This document shows positions 12,103 to 23,202 of a stretch of DNA of 64,000 bases, one piece after another. Position 1 is the first letter of the stretch; each line of letters opens with the position of its first letter. A model generated the notes under the pieces. That model made no database searches and was not told where the DNA came from. It saw nothing but the letters and a program-made list of their open reading frames with translations. The stretch is from assembly GCA_043228905.1 (NCBI GenBank), contig JBHGNT010000009.1, positions 17,112,001-17,176,000 of the forward strand. The letters are read 5' to 3'. Origin of the DNA: Azolla caroliniana. Lineage: Eukaryota > Plantae > Polypodiophyta. Both the position numbers and the translations under genes were made by a program.

Positions 12103-15100
12103 TGTGAAAGTGTTTTTAGAATCTAAGCCATTGAACATTAGAAGACTATAAAGTATGGATAACTCACATTTGGAGGCTAAGAACACGGACCAAGACCTTA
12201 GGAAGAAGTCAAAAGTAAAAGTACGAGACCAAGAGAAAAGTAAAAAGAGAAAAAGCGGACCATTAAAAACAGTAAAAAAAGAATGGTCATAACTCCTTCG
12301 TGTGTGACCCAAATATTATGTTTAAATATGGGTTAGAAATCTTGTAAAGAGAGCCATCTATAGATTTTTAAATCACTAAATTTGGAGCTATGATGAGGGA
12401 GATATGACGATTAGAAGGTTGCTGGGTCTTAGCTAAAAATAGGAGATAAAAAGCTTCTAAAAATAGCGTGAACGAGGAGGAAGAAGAAAATTATAAAAGA
12501 ATAAGTGGAAGGACTAATAAAAAAAGGGATTAATAGCGAGAGGATCCTAATAGAGGAGAGGGAGTCTTAGGAAGAGAAATCTTAGTGAAAGAGGAAGGGT
12601 CTTAATTGTGGTTTTTGAGTGATTGGTAGTAAGAAGGTCTTTGGTTTCTTAGTTGAATGTGGAGTTTATCTCCTTTGTATTGTCTTGATGTTGGAATATC
12701 ATAACAATATTATCTCTTTCTCATCTTCTCAATCTTTTTTTCTTAATTTCTTGAGTCTCTCTTGATCTATATAATATATTATGAGTCACAACTCCATCTA
12801 ACCGGTTTGGTCAAGCCCTCATATAGTGTAAGATTATCCTTTGTCTTAAACACACTTTCATTTTTGGCGCTCCAGGGAGCGCCGATCCTTTCCGTATAGG
12901 AGGGAGAACTTATCCTTTCTTTGTGTTACTATACTACATTAACTTCGCTATGTAGTTCGCATTTTCGGGTGAAAGAACACAAGATGCTGGTGCCTTTTTG
13001 GCATCCTTTGAGCATCATGCCATCTCTATTGGACGCGTCACCGACAGTGAAAAGTTGCCCTTGTTGGTAGCTACATTCTATGGTCGAGCTCGAGATTGGT
13101 ATGACTCTCTTTCCACCAAATGAACAAGGAGAATATCAATTGTTGGTACACCAGTTTCGTTCTAGATACATTCCACTGCAAAGTGAAACGGAAGTAAGAG
13201 AGGAGCTTTTTCGACTAAAGATGGAATAACCTTTTGGTTTCATACAATATGAAAGAAATTTCAAGGATTTGTGGACGATGTGGATTCGTCTTCGTGGTGA
13301 CATTGAAGACGAGTGGTTTAAGATGGAACGATTCAAGATGGGCCTTGACATGCATTTCCGTTTGGAGGCAAGCTTGAAGAATCCAACTACTTTTCAAGCT
13401 CTTCTCCAACTTTGTCAAGGTTATGATCGACAAGTGAAGATGATGAGTTCCATGGGGTACCTCCAAATGACGGCTTTGGGTGCAAATTTGATGCCTCGTG
13501 CCAACTTTCAAGCCTCATCTTCAATTGTGCATAGTGGACAAGTGTTTCCAAATGTGTATAGCACAACAACAACAAACCCAACAAGTAGATCTCAAGAAGT
13601 GGAACAAGTGAAGAGTGAACAAGTTACAATGGCATTGGTGAATCGACACTTTCATGAAGTGATGGCCCACTTGCGACAATCCCAAGAAATTCACAACACT
13701 ATTCCCGATGGTGGTGGCTCTAGAGGGCATCAAGGTGTAATTTGTTATTCTTGTCAAGAGGAGGGACACATCTCAACAAGATGACCTCATCGACAACAAA
13801 GAGGTATGGGAAGAGGCATGTATGAAGTGCAACGGAATGGATAACGAGCTATCAACAATGGAGTCGAAGGAGGCGAATCCATAACACTTCCTATGACTCA
13901 GGTTCCTACAATTCCTCATAATGTGAATCTTCTTAATTTTATTGATGATAGTGATAGTGCTTGTGAAGTAGCTCATGTGAAAAGGACAAGAGCCTCACAA
14001 AAGGAGAAAGAAGTTGATGGAGAATCTAGCGCTTCGAGAGAAAAGAAGAAGTCTAAGGAGAATGAGGAAGAGGAGAAATTGAGAAGGAGACACTCCAAAT
14101 GGAAGATAAAGATGGAGGATATTCCTATGGGAGAAGGTGTAGAAGCTTTCAATCGGAAGCATGAATTGATATCGAGTGGACCAAGGATAACATGGCCACA
14201 ACTTCTCCAATTATCTCCAATGACCACATCAACTTGAAGGAAAGTGTATCAATTTCCCCAAAGCTTCGGCAATTGAGTGTTGAACAAAAGGAAGAATTTA
14301 TGCAAGAGTTCAACGCATGGTTACAAGAAAGTTCCAATTATAAGATGGAAGATTTGAAGTGTGTGTCACCTATAGTTTTGGTTCCAAAGAAGAATGAGAT
14401 CAATTTCAAACGAGATCAAATTTCACTTCCTTTCCGAGATGAGATTGTAGATCAAATGGTCATTTATACAAAACAAGGTAGTGTGGACAATGTGTTGCGC
14501 CAAGAAGATGTGGATGATTCAAAGATCAACGTACTTCAAAAGATAATCATTCTAACAAGTCTCGAAGCTTTGAAGGTATTTGTGCAAAAGGTTCGCTCAC
14601 TCGAAAGATTCATTCATATGTTGACATGCTTACTTCTATCAAGAGTTATGTATCCCATGGCCCTACTTATGTATGGAGAGTTGACAAAGACATAATAATT
14701 GTAGTAACCTCTTTCTTTGTGTTGACAAGGAGAAAGATAGTGATGGCAATTGTCAATGTGCTTGTGCGTGCGTGCGTGTTTAGAAGTGTGAGGTTTTTCC
14801 TACCGATTAGCGGGGGTTTTACTCACATATTTTTATTTTATTTTTTATTTTATCTCTCTCATTGTCTATAGCCAAGAGATTGGCGAGAGAGCTTTCGTTT
14901 GTTAAGTACTACCATTAAGTGCTTCGCCATAAATGGCTTAGCCTCTAGCAAGGGGGAGGGCTAAATGTGAAAGTGTTTTTAGAAGCTAAGCCATTGAACA
15001 TTAGAAGACTATAAAGTATGGATAACTCACATTTGGAGGCTAAGAACACGAACCAAGACCTTAGGAAGAAGTCAAAAGTAAAAGTAAGAGACCAAGAGAA

Positions 15101-15719
15101 AAGTAAAAAGAGAAAAACGGACCATTAAAAACAGTAAAAAAGGAATGGTTATAACTCCTTCGTGTGTGACCCAAATATTATGTTTAAATATGGGTTAGAA
15201 AGCTTGTAAAGAGAGCTATCTATAGCGTTTTAAATCACTAAATTCAGAGCTCGGAGGAGGGAGATATGACGATTAGAAGGTCGTTGGGTCTTAGCTAAAA
15301 ATAGCAGATAAAAAGCTTCTAAAAATAACGTGAACGAGGAAGAATAAGAAAATTATAAAAGAGGAAGTGATAGCCATAGACGGGGGGATTAATAGGGAGA
15401 GGATCCTAATAAAGGAGAGGGAGGATTAGGAAGAAGGGTCTTAGTGGAAGAGGAAGGGTCTTAATTGTGGTTTTTGAGTGATTGGTAGTAAGAATGTCTT
15501 TGGTTTCTTAGTTGAATGTGGAGTTTATCTCCTTTGTTTTGTCTTGATGTTGGAATATCATAACAATATTATCTCTTTCTCATCTTCTCAATCTTTTTTT
15601 CTTAATTTCTTGAGTCTCTCTTGATCTATATAATATATTATAAGTCACAACTCCATCTAACCGGTTTGGTCAAGCCCTCATATAGTGTAAGAATATCCTT
15701 TGTCTTAAACACACTATCA
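12103..15719 (+). mobile_element. Non-autonomous gypsy-derived LTR element, copy A (LTRs 12103-12860 and 14966-15719)
   Basis: TGTGAAAG...TCA LTRs; PBS TGGCGCTCCAGGGAG at 12865; PPT AAGGGGGAGGG before 14966; gag (ARDWYDSL, CYSCQEEGH) and truncated RT (CVSPIVLVPKK, SLPFRDEIVD); no INT. Confidence 0.9.
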
Positions 15720-15729
15720 TTTTTGAAAC

Positions 15730-17693
15730 TGATGAGGTGTTTAAGACAAAGGATAATTTTACACCATATGAAGGCTTGACCAAACCGGTTAGATGGATTT
15801 GTGACTCATAATATATTATATAGATCAAGAGAGACTCAAGAAATTAAGAAAAAAAGATTGAGAAGATGAGAAAGAGATAATATTGTTATGATATTCCAAC
15901 ATCAAGACAAAACAAAGGAGATAAACTCCACATTCAACTAAGAAACCAAAGACCTCTTACTACCAATCACTCAAAACCACAATTAAGACCCTTCCTCTTC
16001 CACTAAGACCCTTCTTCCTAATCCTCCCTCTCCTTTATTAGGATCCTCTCCCTATTAATCCCCCCGTCTATGGCTATCACTTCCTCTTTTATAATTTTCT
16101 TATTCTTCCTCGTTCACGTTATTTTTAGAAGCTTTTTATCTGCTATTTTTAGCTAAGACCCAACGACCTTTTAATCGTCATTTCTCCCTCCTCAAAGCTT
16201 AGAATTTAGTGATTTAAAACGTTATAGATAGCTCTCTTTACAAGCTTTCTAACCCATATTTAAACATAATATTTGGGTCACACACGAAGGAGTTATAACC
16301 ATTCCTTTTTTACTGTTTTTAATGGTCCGTTTTTCTCTTTTTACTTTTCTCTTGGTCTCTTAGTTTTACTTTTGACTTCTTCCTAAGGTCTTGGTTCATG
16401 TTCTTTGCTTCCAAATGTGAATTATCCATACTTATATTCTTCTAATGTTCAATGGCTTAGCTTCTAAAAACACTTTCACATTTAGCCCTCCCCCTTGCTA
16501 GAGGCTAAGCCATTTATGGCGAAGCACTTAATGGTAGTACTTAACAAACGAAAGCTCTCTCGCCAATCTCTTGGCTATAGACAATGAGAGAGATATAATA
16601 AAAAAGAAAATAAAAAGATGTGAGTAAAACCCCCTCTAATTGGTAGGAAAAACCTCACACTTCTAAACACACACACACACACGCACGCACATTGACAATT
16701 GCCATCACGATCTTTCTCCTTGTCAACACAAAGAAAGAGGTTACTACAATTATTATGTCTTTGTCAACTCTCCATACACAAGTAGGGCCATGGGATACAT
16801 AACTCTTGATAGAAGTAAGCATGTCAACATATGAATGAATCTTTTGAGTGAGCGAACCTTTTGCAGAAATACCTTCAAAGCTTCAAGACTTGTTGGAATG
16901 ATCATCTTTTGAAGTACGTTGATCTTTGAATTATTCACATCTTCTTGGCACAACACATTGTCCACACTACCTTGTTTTGTATAAAGGACCATTTGATCTA
17001 CAATCTCATCTCGGAAAGGAAGTGAAATTTGATCTCGTTTGGTCGAATCATTCAAGGGTTCGAAATTGATCTCATTATTCTTTGGAAACAAAACTATAGG
17101 TGACACACACTTCAAATCTTCCATCTTATAATTGGAACTTTCTTGTAACCATGCGTTGAATTCTTGCATAAATTCTTCCTTTTGTTCAACACTCAATTGC
17201 CAAAGCTTTGGGGAAATTGATACACTTTCCTTCAAATTGATGTGGTATTTGTTGCAAGGTTTTCGTCTTATTCCAAAATACTTGATGAACACATCCTCCA
17301 CTATGCTTGTGCAATGCACCACTCCACTATCTACTACAACCACCATTGCTGAAGATGACCTGTTAGGAAACATGTCTCTCCGGATGGGAAGTGAGAAGAA
17401 CAATGTTGATGAGCAAACTCGGCCGAGGCCGAAACCGGATGTGGTGTACCCGACAACGGAAGACCCGGTGAGAACCGGATGACGAGTACCCGGCAAGAGC
17501 CGGATGGTGAAGGCTCGGTGAGAAGTGCTCACCGGATGAAGGGACATATTCGTAAATATGTTTTCTGAGAGTCCATCGGGGCTATATTTGTAAATAGCCG
17601 AAAAGTCATATTAGTATAAATATGAGTTAGGGAAAACTTAGTGGTATTGTAGTTGTCATTCTTGTTGGTGCAAGATTTGAGTGAGTAACTGTG

Positions 17694-17735
<42 letters not shown>

Positions 17736-19881
17736 GAGGTCGTTGCCTTTGTTGTAACCGTCGCCTGTGGCGAAGATAGCAAGCTCGAGGTTGTTGCCTC
17801 GGTGCTTTACTATTGTACATTGTGATATAGTGATAGTTTGTAGTCTGTGGGCTGCCGTGGTTTTTTTTTTCCCTAGTTTGGGGTTTTTCCACGTTAACAT
17901 CCTGTGTACTCTTCTCTTTACTGTGTTGTGCGTTCATTACCCATTTTCTGTGTTTGATCCTAGGCTCGGTTGTGGCCGAGCGTTGTTCATCGGGAGCGTG
18001 TGTTCCGGTCATGACCTACTAATAGGAATTCCCACTTTGTTTACTACAAATTCAGAAATCAAGCTTATCCTAGCACCACTATCAACCAAGGCATCTTTGA
18101 TGTGAAACCCTTTGATGGAAATCGGGATGGTTGGATGTATGTCCTTTCGATCTTCTACTCGCACAATCCCCACATAATGCACGGTCTTCCTACTTTGGCT
18201 GATACTTGCAAGCTTTCCCCACTCCTTTCGTAATGTGGGAGATAATTGGAGAAGTTGTGGCCATGTTATCCTTGGTCCACTCGATATCAATTCATGCTTC
18301 CGATTGGAAGCTTCTACACCTTCTCCCATAGGAATATCCTCCATCTTTATCTTCCTTTTGGAGTGTCTCCTTCTCAATTTCTCCTCTTCCTCATTCTCCT
18401 TAGACTTCTTCTTTTCTCTCAAGGCACTAGATTCTCCATCAACTTCTTTCTCCTTTTGCGAGGCTCTTGTCCTTTACACAGGAGCTACTTCACAAGCACT
18501 ATCACTATAATCAATAAAATTAAGAAGATTCACATTATGAGGAATTGTAGGAACTTGAGCCATAGGAAGTGTTATGGATTCGCCTCCTTCGACTCCATTG
18601 TGGATAGCTCGTTGTCCATTCCGTTGCACTTCATACATGCCTCTTCCCATGCTTCTTTGTTGTCGATGAGGTCATCTTGTTGAGATGTGTCCCTCCTCTT
18701 GACAAGAATAACAAATTACACCTTGATGCCCTCTAGAGCCACCACCATCGGGAATAGTGTTGTGAATTTCTTGGGATTGTCGCAAGTGGGCCATCACATC
18801 ATGAAAGCGTCGATTCACCAATGCCATTGTATCTTGTTCACTCTTCACTTGTTCCACTTCTTGAGATATACTTGTTGGGTTTATTGTTGTGGTGGTATAC
18901 ACATTTGGAAACACTTGTCCACTATGCACAATTGAAGATGAGGCTTGAAATTTCTTTCATACTGTATGAAACGAAAAGGTGATTCCATCTTTAGTCGAAA
19001 AAGCTCCTCTCTTACTTTTGTTTCATTTCACCGTGGAATATATCTAGAACGAAACTGGTGTACCAACAATTGATATTCTCCTTGTTCGTTTTGCGGAAGA
19101 GAGTCATACCAATCTCGAGCACGACCATAGAATGTAGCTACCAACAAGGGCAACTTTTTGTTGGTGATGCGTCCAATAGAGATGGCATGATGCTCAAAGC
19201 ATGCCAAAAAGGCACCAACATCTTGTGTTCTATCACCTGAAAATGCAAATTGCATAGCTAAGTTAATGTAATATAGTAACACAATTAAATGATAACTTCT
19301 CCTCCTATACGGAAAGGATCGGCCCTCCCTGGAGTGCCAAATTGATGAGGTGTTTAAGACAAAGGATAATCTTACACCATATGAAGGCTTGACCAAACCG
19401 GTTAGATGGATTTGTGACTCATAATATATTATATAGATCAAGAGAGACTCAAGAAATTAAGAAAAAAAGATTGAGAAGATGAGCTCTTTTATAATTTTCT
19501 TCTTCTTCCTCGTTCACGTTATTTTTAGAAGCTTTTTATCTACTGTTTTTAGCTAAGACCCAACGACCTTCTAATCGTCATATCTCCCTCCTACGAGCTC
19601 CTAATTTAGTGATTTAAAATGCTATAGATAGCTCTCTTTACAAGCTTTCTAACCCATATTTAAACATAATATTTGGGTCACACACGAAGGAGTTATAACC
19701 ATTCTTTTTTTACTGTTTTTTATGGTCTGCTTTTTCTCTTTTTACTTTTCTCTTGGTCTCTTACTTTTACTTTTGACTTCTTCCTAAGGTCTTGGTTCAT
19801 GTTCTTAGCCTCCAAATGTGAATTATCCATACTTATATTCTTCTAATATTCAATGGCTTAGCTTCTAAAAACACTTTCACA
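15730..19881 (-). mobile_element. Non-autonomous gypsy-derived LTR element, copy B (5' LTR 19343-19881 with ~212-bp deletion; 3' LTR 15730-16480)
   Basis: Reverse-complement homolog of copy A; PBS TGGCACTCCAGGGAGGGCC 19321-19339; gag ATG at 19255; protease ALVDSGARISLI; same truncated RT. Confidence 0.9.
17361..18011 (+). repeat. Solo LTR of a Tork-like copia family (651 bp)
   Basis: TGTTAGG...CGGTCA flanked by TSD TGACC (17356-17360 and 18012-18016); homologous to LTRs at 22599 and 48022. Confidence 0.92.
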
Positions 19882-20417
19882 CTGGGCTATGGTGCAGGTA
19901 GACCTCGATGTGGGAATAGTATCGTCAGATACTGTTGTATGATTGGCCTTAGCTTTTTGCCGCCTTGATACGCGTGTACGCCTTCCCGTAACGTTGGTCC
20001 CGTAATGACCCCCCAATCGACCACGCGCCCTTCGAAGGTATCAATGATGATGCCTACCTTCTGCTTTGGCATCCCATAGGCATTTACATGCACGCATCCG
20101 ACCTCCAACAAGAACTTGGTTATTTCGCGAAAGAAGGGGTCGGGGATTTCCTTCGTCCTATATGCATTGACGGACGCCGAATATGCCCCGAAATATCTCT
20201 GCAAGGTTTCCACAGGAGGAATGTCGAAATGTCTTTCTTCGAGCGATGACAGGTGAAGCTTCTTCCGGATGGATGAGTTGATGACCGTGTCTATATTGAG
20301 TTTCCTGGCGATGTCCAGGGCTTCAGGGTGAGCGGGTGCCTCAATGACTTTGATGTATCCATCCAGGAACTTTTCGACGAGCCATCTACGCAAGGCGGCA
20401 AAAATAGTGATCGGCAT
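19882..20417 (-). pseudogene. Extra (post-integrase) ORF of the gypsy element, 5' part; continues at 12102-11570
   Basis: 176-aa ORF MPITIFAALRRW...GRVVDWG...PHRGLPAP; after removing the 12103-19881 insertion it reads on, past one stop, into PSKPMPPPRSAKRRLAEL. Confidence 0.6.
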
Positions 20418-22598
20418 CGTAGGAGGGTGAGACTCGTGGGTAGTGGGTGAGGTGTGCTAGCTATGGCGAACGTGAGCTCTGTGGTATGATGGAGAGGAAG
20501 GTGAGTGAGGGGAGCAATGAGAGTTAGAAGATTGGTTTCTGTACTGTGTAGAAAACCTTCTATTTTCTTCTTTTTGTGGCCTAGGGTTCATTGGTCTTTG
20601 AGCCATCGTGGTGCCGCATGTTCTTGCTGTAGAAGTTTGTGCATGCATCAAGTCCTTTTAATAGCATCGCTATCTTGTCTTTTTTCTTTCTTTCTTTTGT
20701 AACGGTTACATACAATATTATTTTTACACTATAGTACAAGTAGGTCCCTCTACTTACTCCGCGGATTCGCCGACTTTGTCCTGTCCGACGGGGAACGGGT
20801 TAGGTGGCGTAGGCCCCAAGTAGGGTTTTAAGCGAAACCCATTCACCTTTTGTCGTAGCACCTCTCGGCCAAGGTGCCAAGTTGAAACGTGTTGTTTTCC
20901 GCTCCAACTATCCAGTACAGGCCTGTCTAGCGTAATCTTAATTTTCCTAGCATTTGCCCCATGTGTGTTTGAAAAACTAATACTGCCTTCCTGACCGTAA
21001 AATCCTTTTCATGCACATGCCAATGTCGGTCCACGAATGCTTTGCACCACTGTTGTTCTTGTTCCAATATGGCCATACTGCGTACCCGGGTTTCGCCTAG
21101 TTCTAGGAGTTGTTGTAGTCGTATTTGTTTGGATTTGTCCTCTAGCAACTGGTCTCGTACTTGAATCCGCAGATTGGGTCCCTGAAATTCGACTGGCATG
21201 ACGGCCTCCAGCCCAAATGCTAGCCTGAAAGGCGTCGATTGTATGTTGGTCTTATAGCTGGTTCGGTATGCCCATAACGCGTTGTGCAATTTGGTATCCC
21301 AATCTGTTCTATTCTTATTGACTATGTTTTTGAGGATAGTTTGTGGATTCGGCCAAGCCATTTGCTTGTGGGTAATATGGCGTACTCTTTTGTGGACCAC
21401 GGCGTAGTGTTGGGTCAGTTCGTTGATGACCATATTCAGAAAGTGACTCCCATGGTCACTGATGAGCTCAATAGGGCAGCCAAAACGACACCAGATATGT
21501 TCGTAAAGAAATTTCGCCGTGACTGCCGCGGTATTTTCACGTAGTGCTTTCGCTTCTACCCACTTGGTGCAATAATCCATAGCCACCAGGATATATTTAT
21601 TGCCGGTTCGGGCAGCCACCGGTGTAAAGGGCCCCACAAAATCAAGCCCCCACTTTTGGAAAGGATCCAATGGCAACACCGGTTGATGTGGCATTCTCGT
21701 GACTTGCGTGGGCTAGCCCATCCGTTGACATAAATTGCACTGTTTGCAATATTCATACGCATCCTTTTGCGTAGTTGGCCACCAAAGTCCTGCTTGCCAG
21801 ATTTTCCGGGCCGTAACATCGCCTGCGTAATGTCCTCCCGCCGTACCACAGCGAGCTTCGCGTAAAACTGCCGCCTTTTCATCCTGCCGTATTCCGCGCC
21901 TCCAGATGTCGTCACTGCCTTTGTGATATAGGACGTCTTCGACTAAACAAAAATTATGACTCGGGACGGCCAACCGTTTTTTCTCGTCCGTCCTTTGTTG
22001 TGGTGGTGGTAACCCCGTGGTCAAAAAGTAGGTCATTTCCATCAACCACCGATCCAGAAAAGTCTTTTTTGTTCTTGCTGCTAAAGTTGCTATACGCAGA
22101 ATGTCCACATCTGGAAAGCCGTCGTCATCTTTTTGCGCCATTTCTCCATTATCCAATCTGCTCAAGAAATCCGCCACCACGTGTTGCGTACCCGGTCAGT
22201 GCTGAATTACAAATTCAAATTCTTGGATCAACAACATCCATCTAGCCAATTTCCTGTTAGGGCCTGATTCCCCACTAGATAAAGCAATGTCGTATGATCC
22301 ACGTGAAACGTGAATTTTCACCCTAGCAGATAATGCCGGAATTTATTGATGTTGTATATCATACCCAACGCTTCACGTTCCATTGTGGAGTAGTTACGCT
22401 CAACTGTTGATAGTTTCCGATTGGCGTAGTACACTGGTCGGTACCAATTCGGCTTCGTGAGCTGCATCAACGCACTACCTATTGCTATATCCGAGGCATC
22501 CACAAACATGTGAAATGGTTTTGCCCAATCTGGTGGTTGTACGACTGGTGCCTGCATTAGCATTATTTTTAGCGCATCATATGCGTTTTCTTCCGTTG

Positions 22599-22871
22599 TG
22601 TTGGGATTTCAGTCCCTCCGGATGGGATGTCCGGAGATGAATGACGGCAAGCCCGGTTGCGGTTACGGAGCCGGATGCTGAAGACCCGGTTACGGAGCCG
22701 TATGACGAATGTACCCGGAGAGAGATCCGGATGCGGGGACATATTTGTGAATATGTTTGCCAAGAGCCCTTGAGGCTATATTTGTAAATAGCCCGAAAGT
22801 CATATGTGTATAAATATGACTTAGGGCAAACAGCTTATGTTGTTGCTCATTTTTTATGCGAAGTGAGAGCA

Positions 22872-22905
<34 letters not shown>

Positions 22906-23171
22906 GAAGAGGTCGTTGCCTCTGTGTATTACCGCCGCCTGTGGCGAAGACAGTGAGCTCAAGGTTGTTGCCTTGTAGCTTCACCAGTGTACATCCCTGT
23001 TCATAGTGATAGTTGGAGTTTGAGGACTCACGTGGTTTTTCCCATTTAGGGTTTTCCACGTAAAACATCCAGTGTACCTTTTCTCTCTATTGTCCTCGTG
23101 CACTTTGTATTTCCCGTTTTCTGTGAGTTGATCCTATTCCTCGGTTGTGGCCGAGCACTGTTTGTCCAACA
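22599..23171 (+). repeat. 5' LTR (573 bp)
   Basis: TGTTGG...CCAACA; TATAAATA box; (GA)15. Confidence 0.95.
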
Positions 23172-23174
23172 AAT

Positions 23175-23186
23175 TGGTATCAGAGC
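23175..23186 (+). promoter_or_regulatory. PBS complementary to initiator tRNA-Met 3' end
   Basis: TGGTATCAGAGC, 3 nt after the LTR end. Confidence 0.95.
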
Positions 23187-23202
23187 GACGGTAACACAGA
23201 AA

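Noticed and set aside
12103-19881. Inverted dimer as an assembly fold-back artefact
   Set aside because: The arms differ by many substitutions, different deletions and a solo-LTR insertion, and the outer TSD is intact; a chimeric read would give identical arms
23098-23202. N-terminal 35 aa of the 1392-aa ORF call
   Set aside because: Starts at a non-ATG codon inside the LTR and runs through the PBS; the plausible start is ATG 23203
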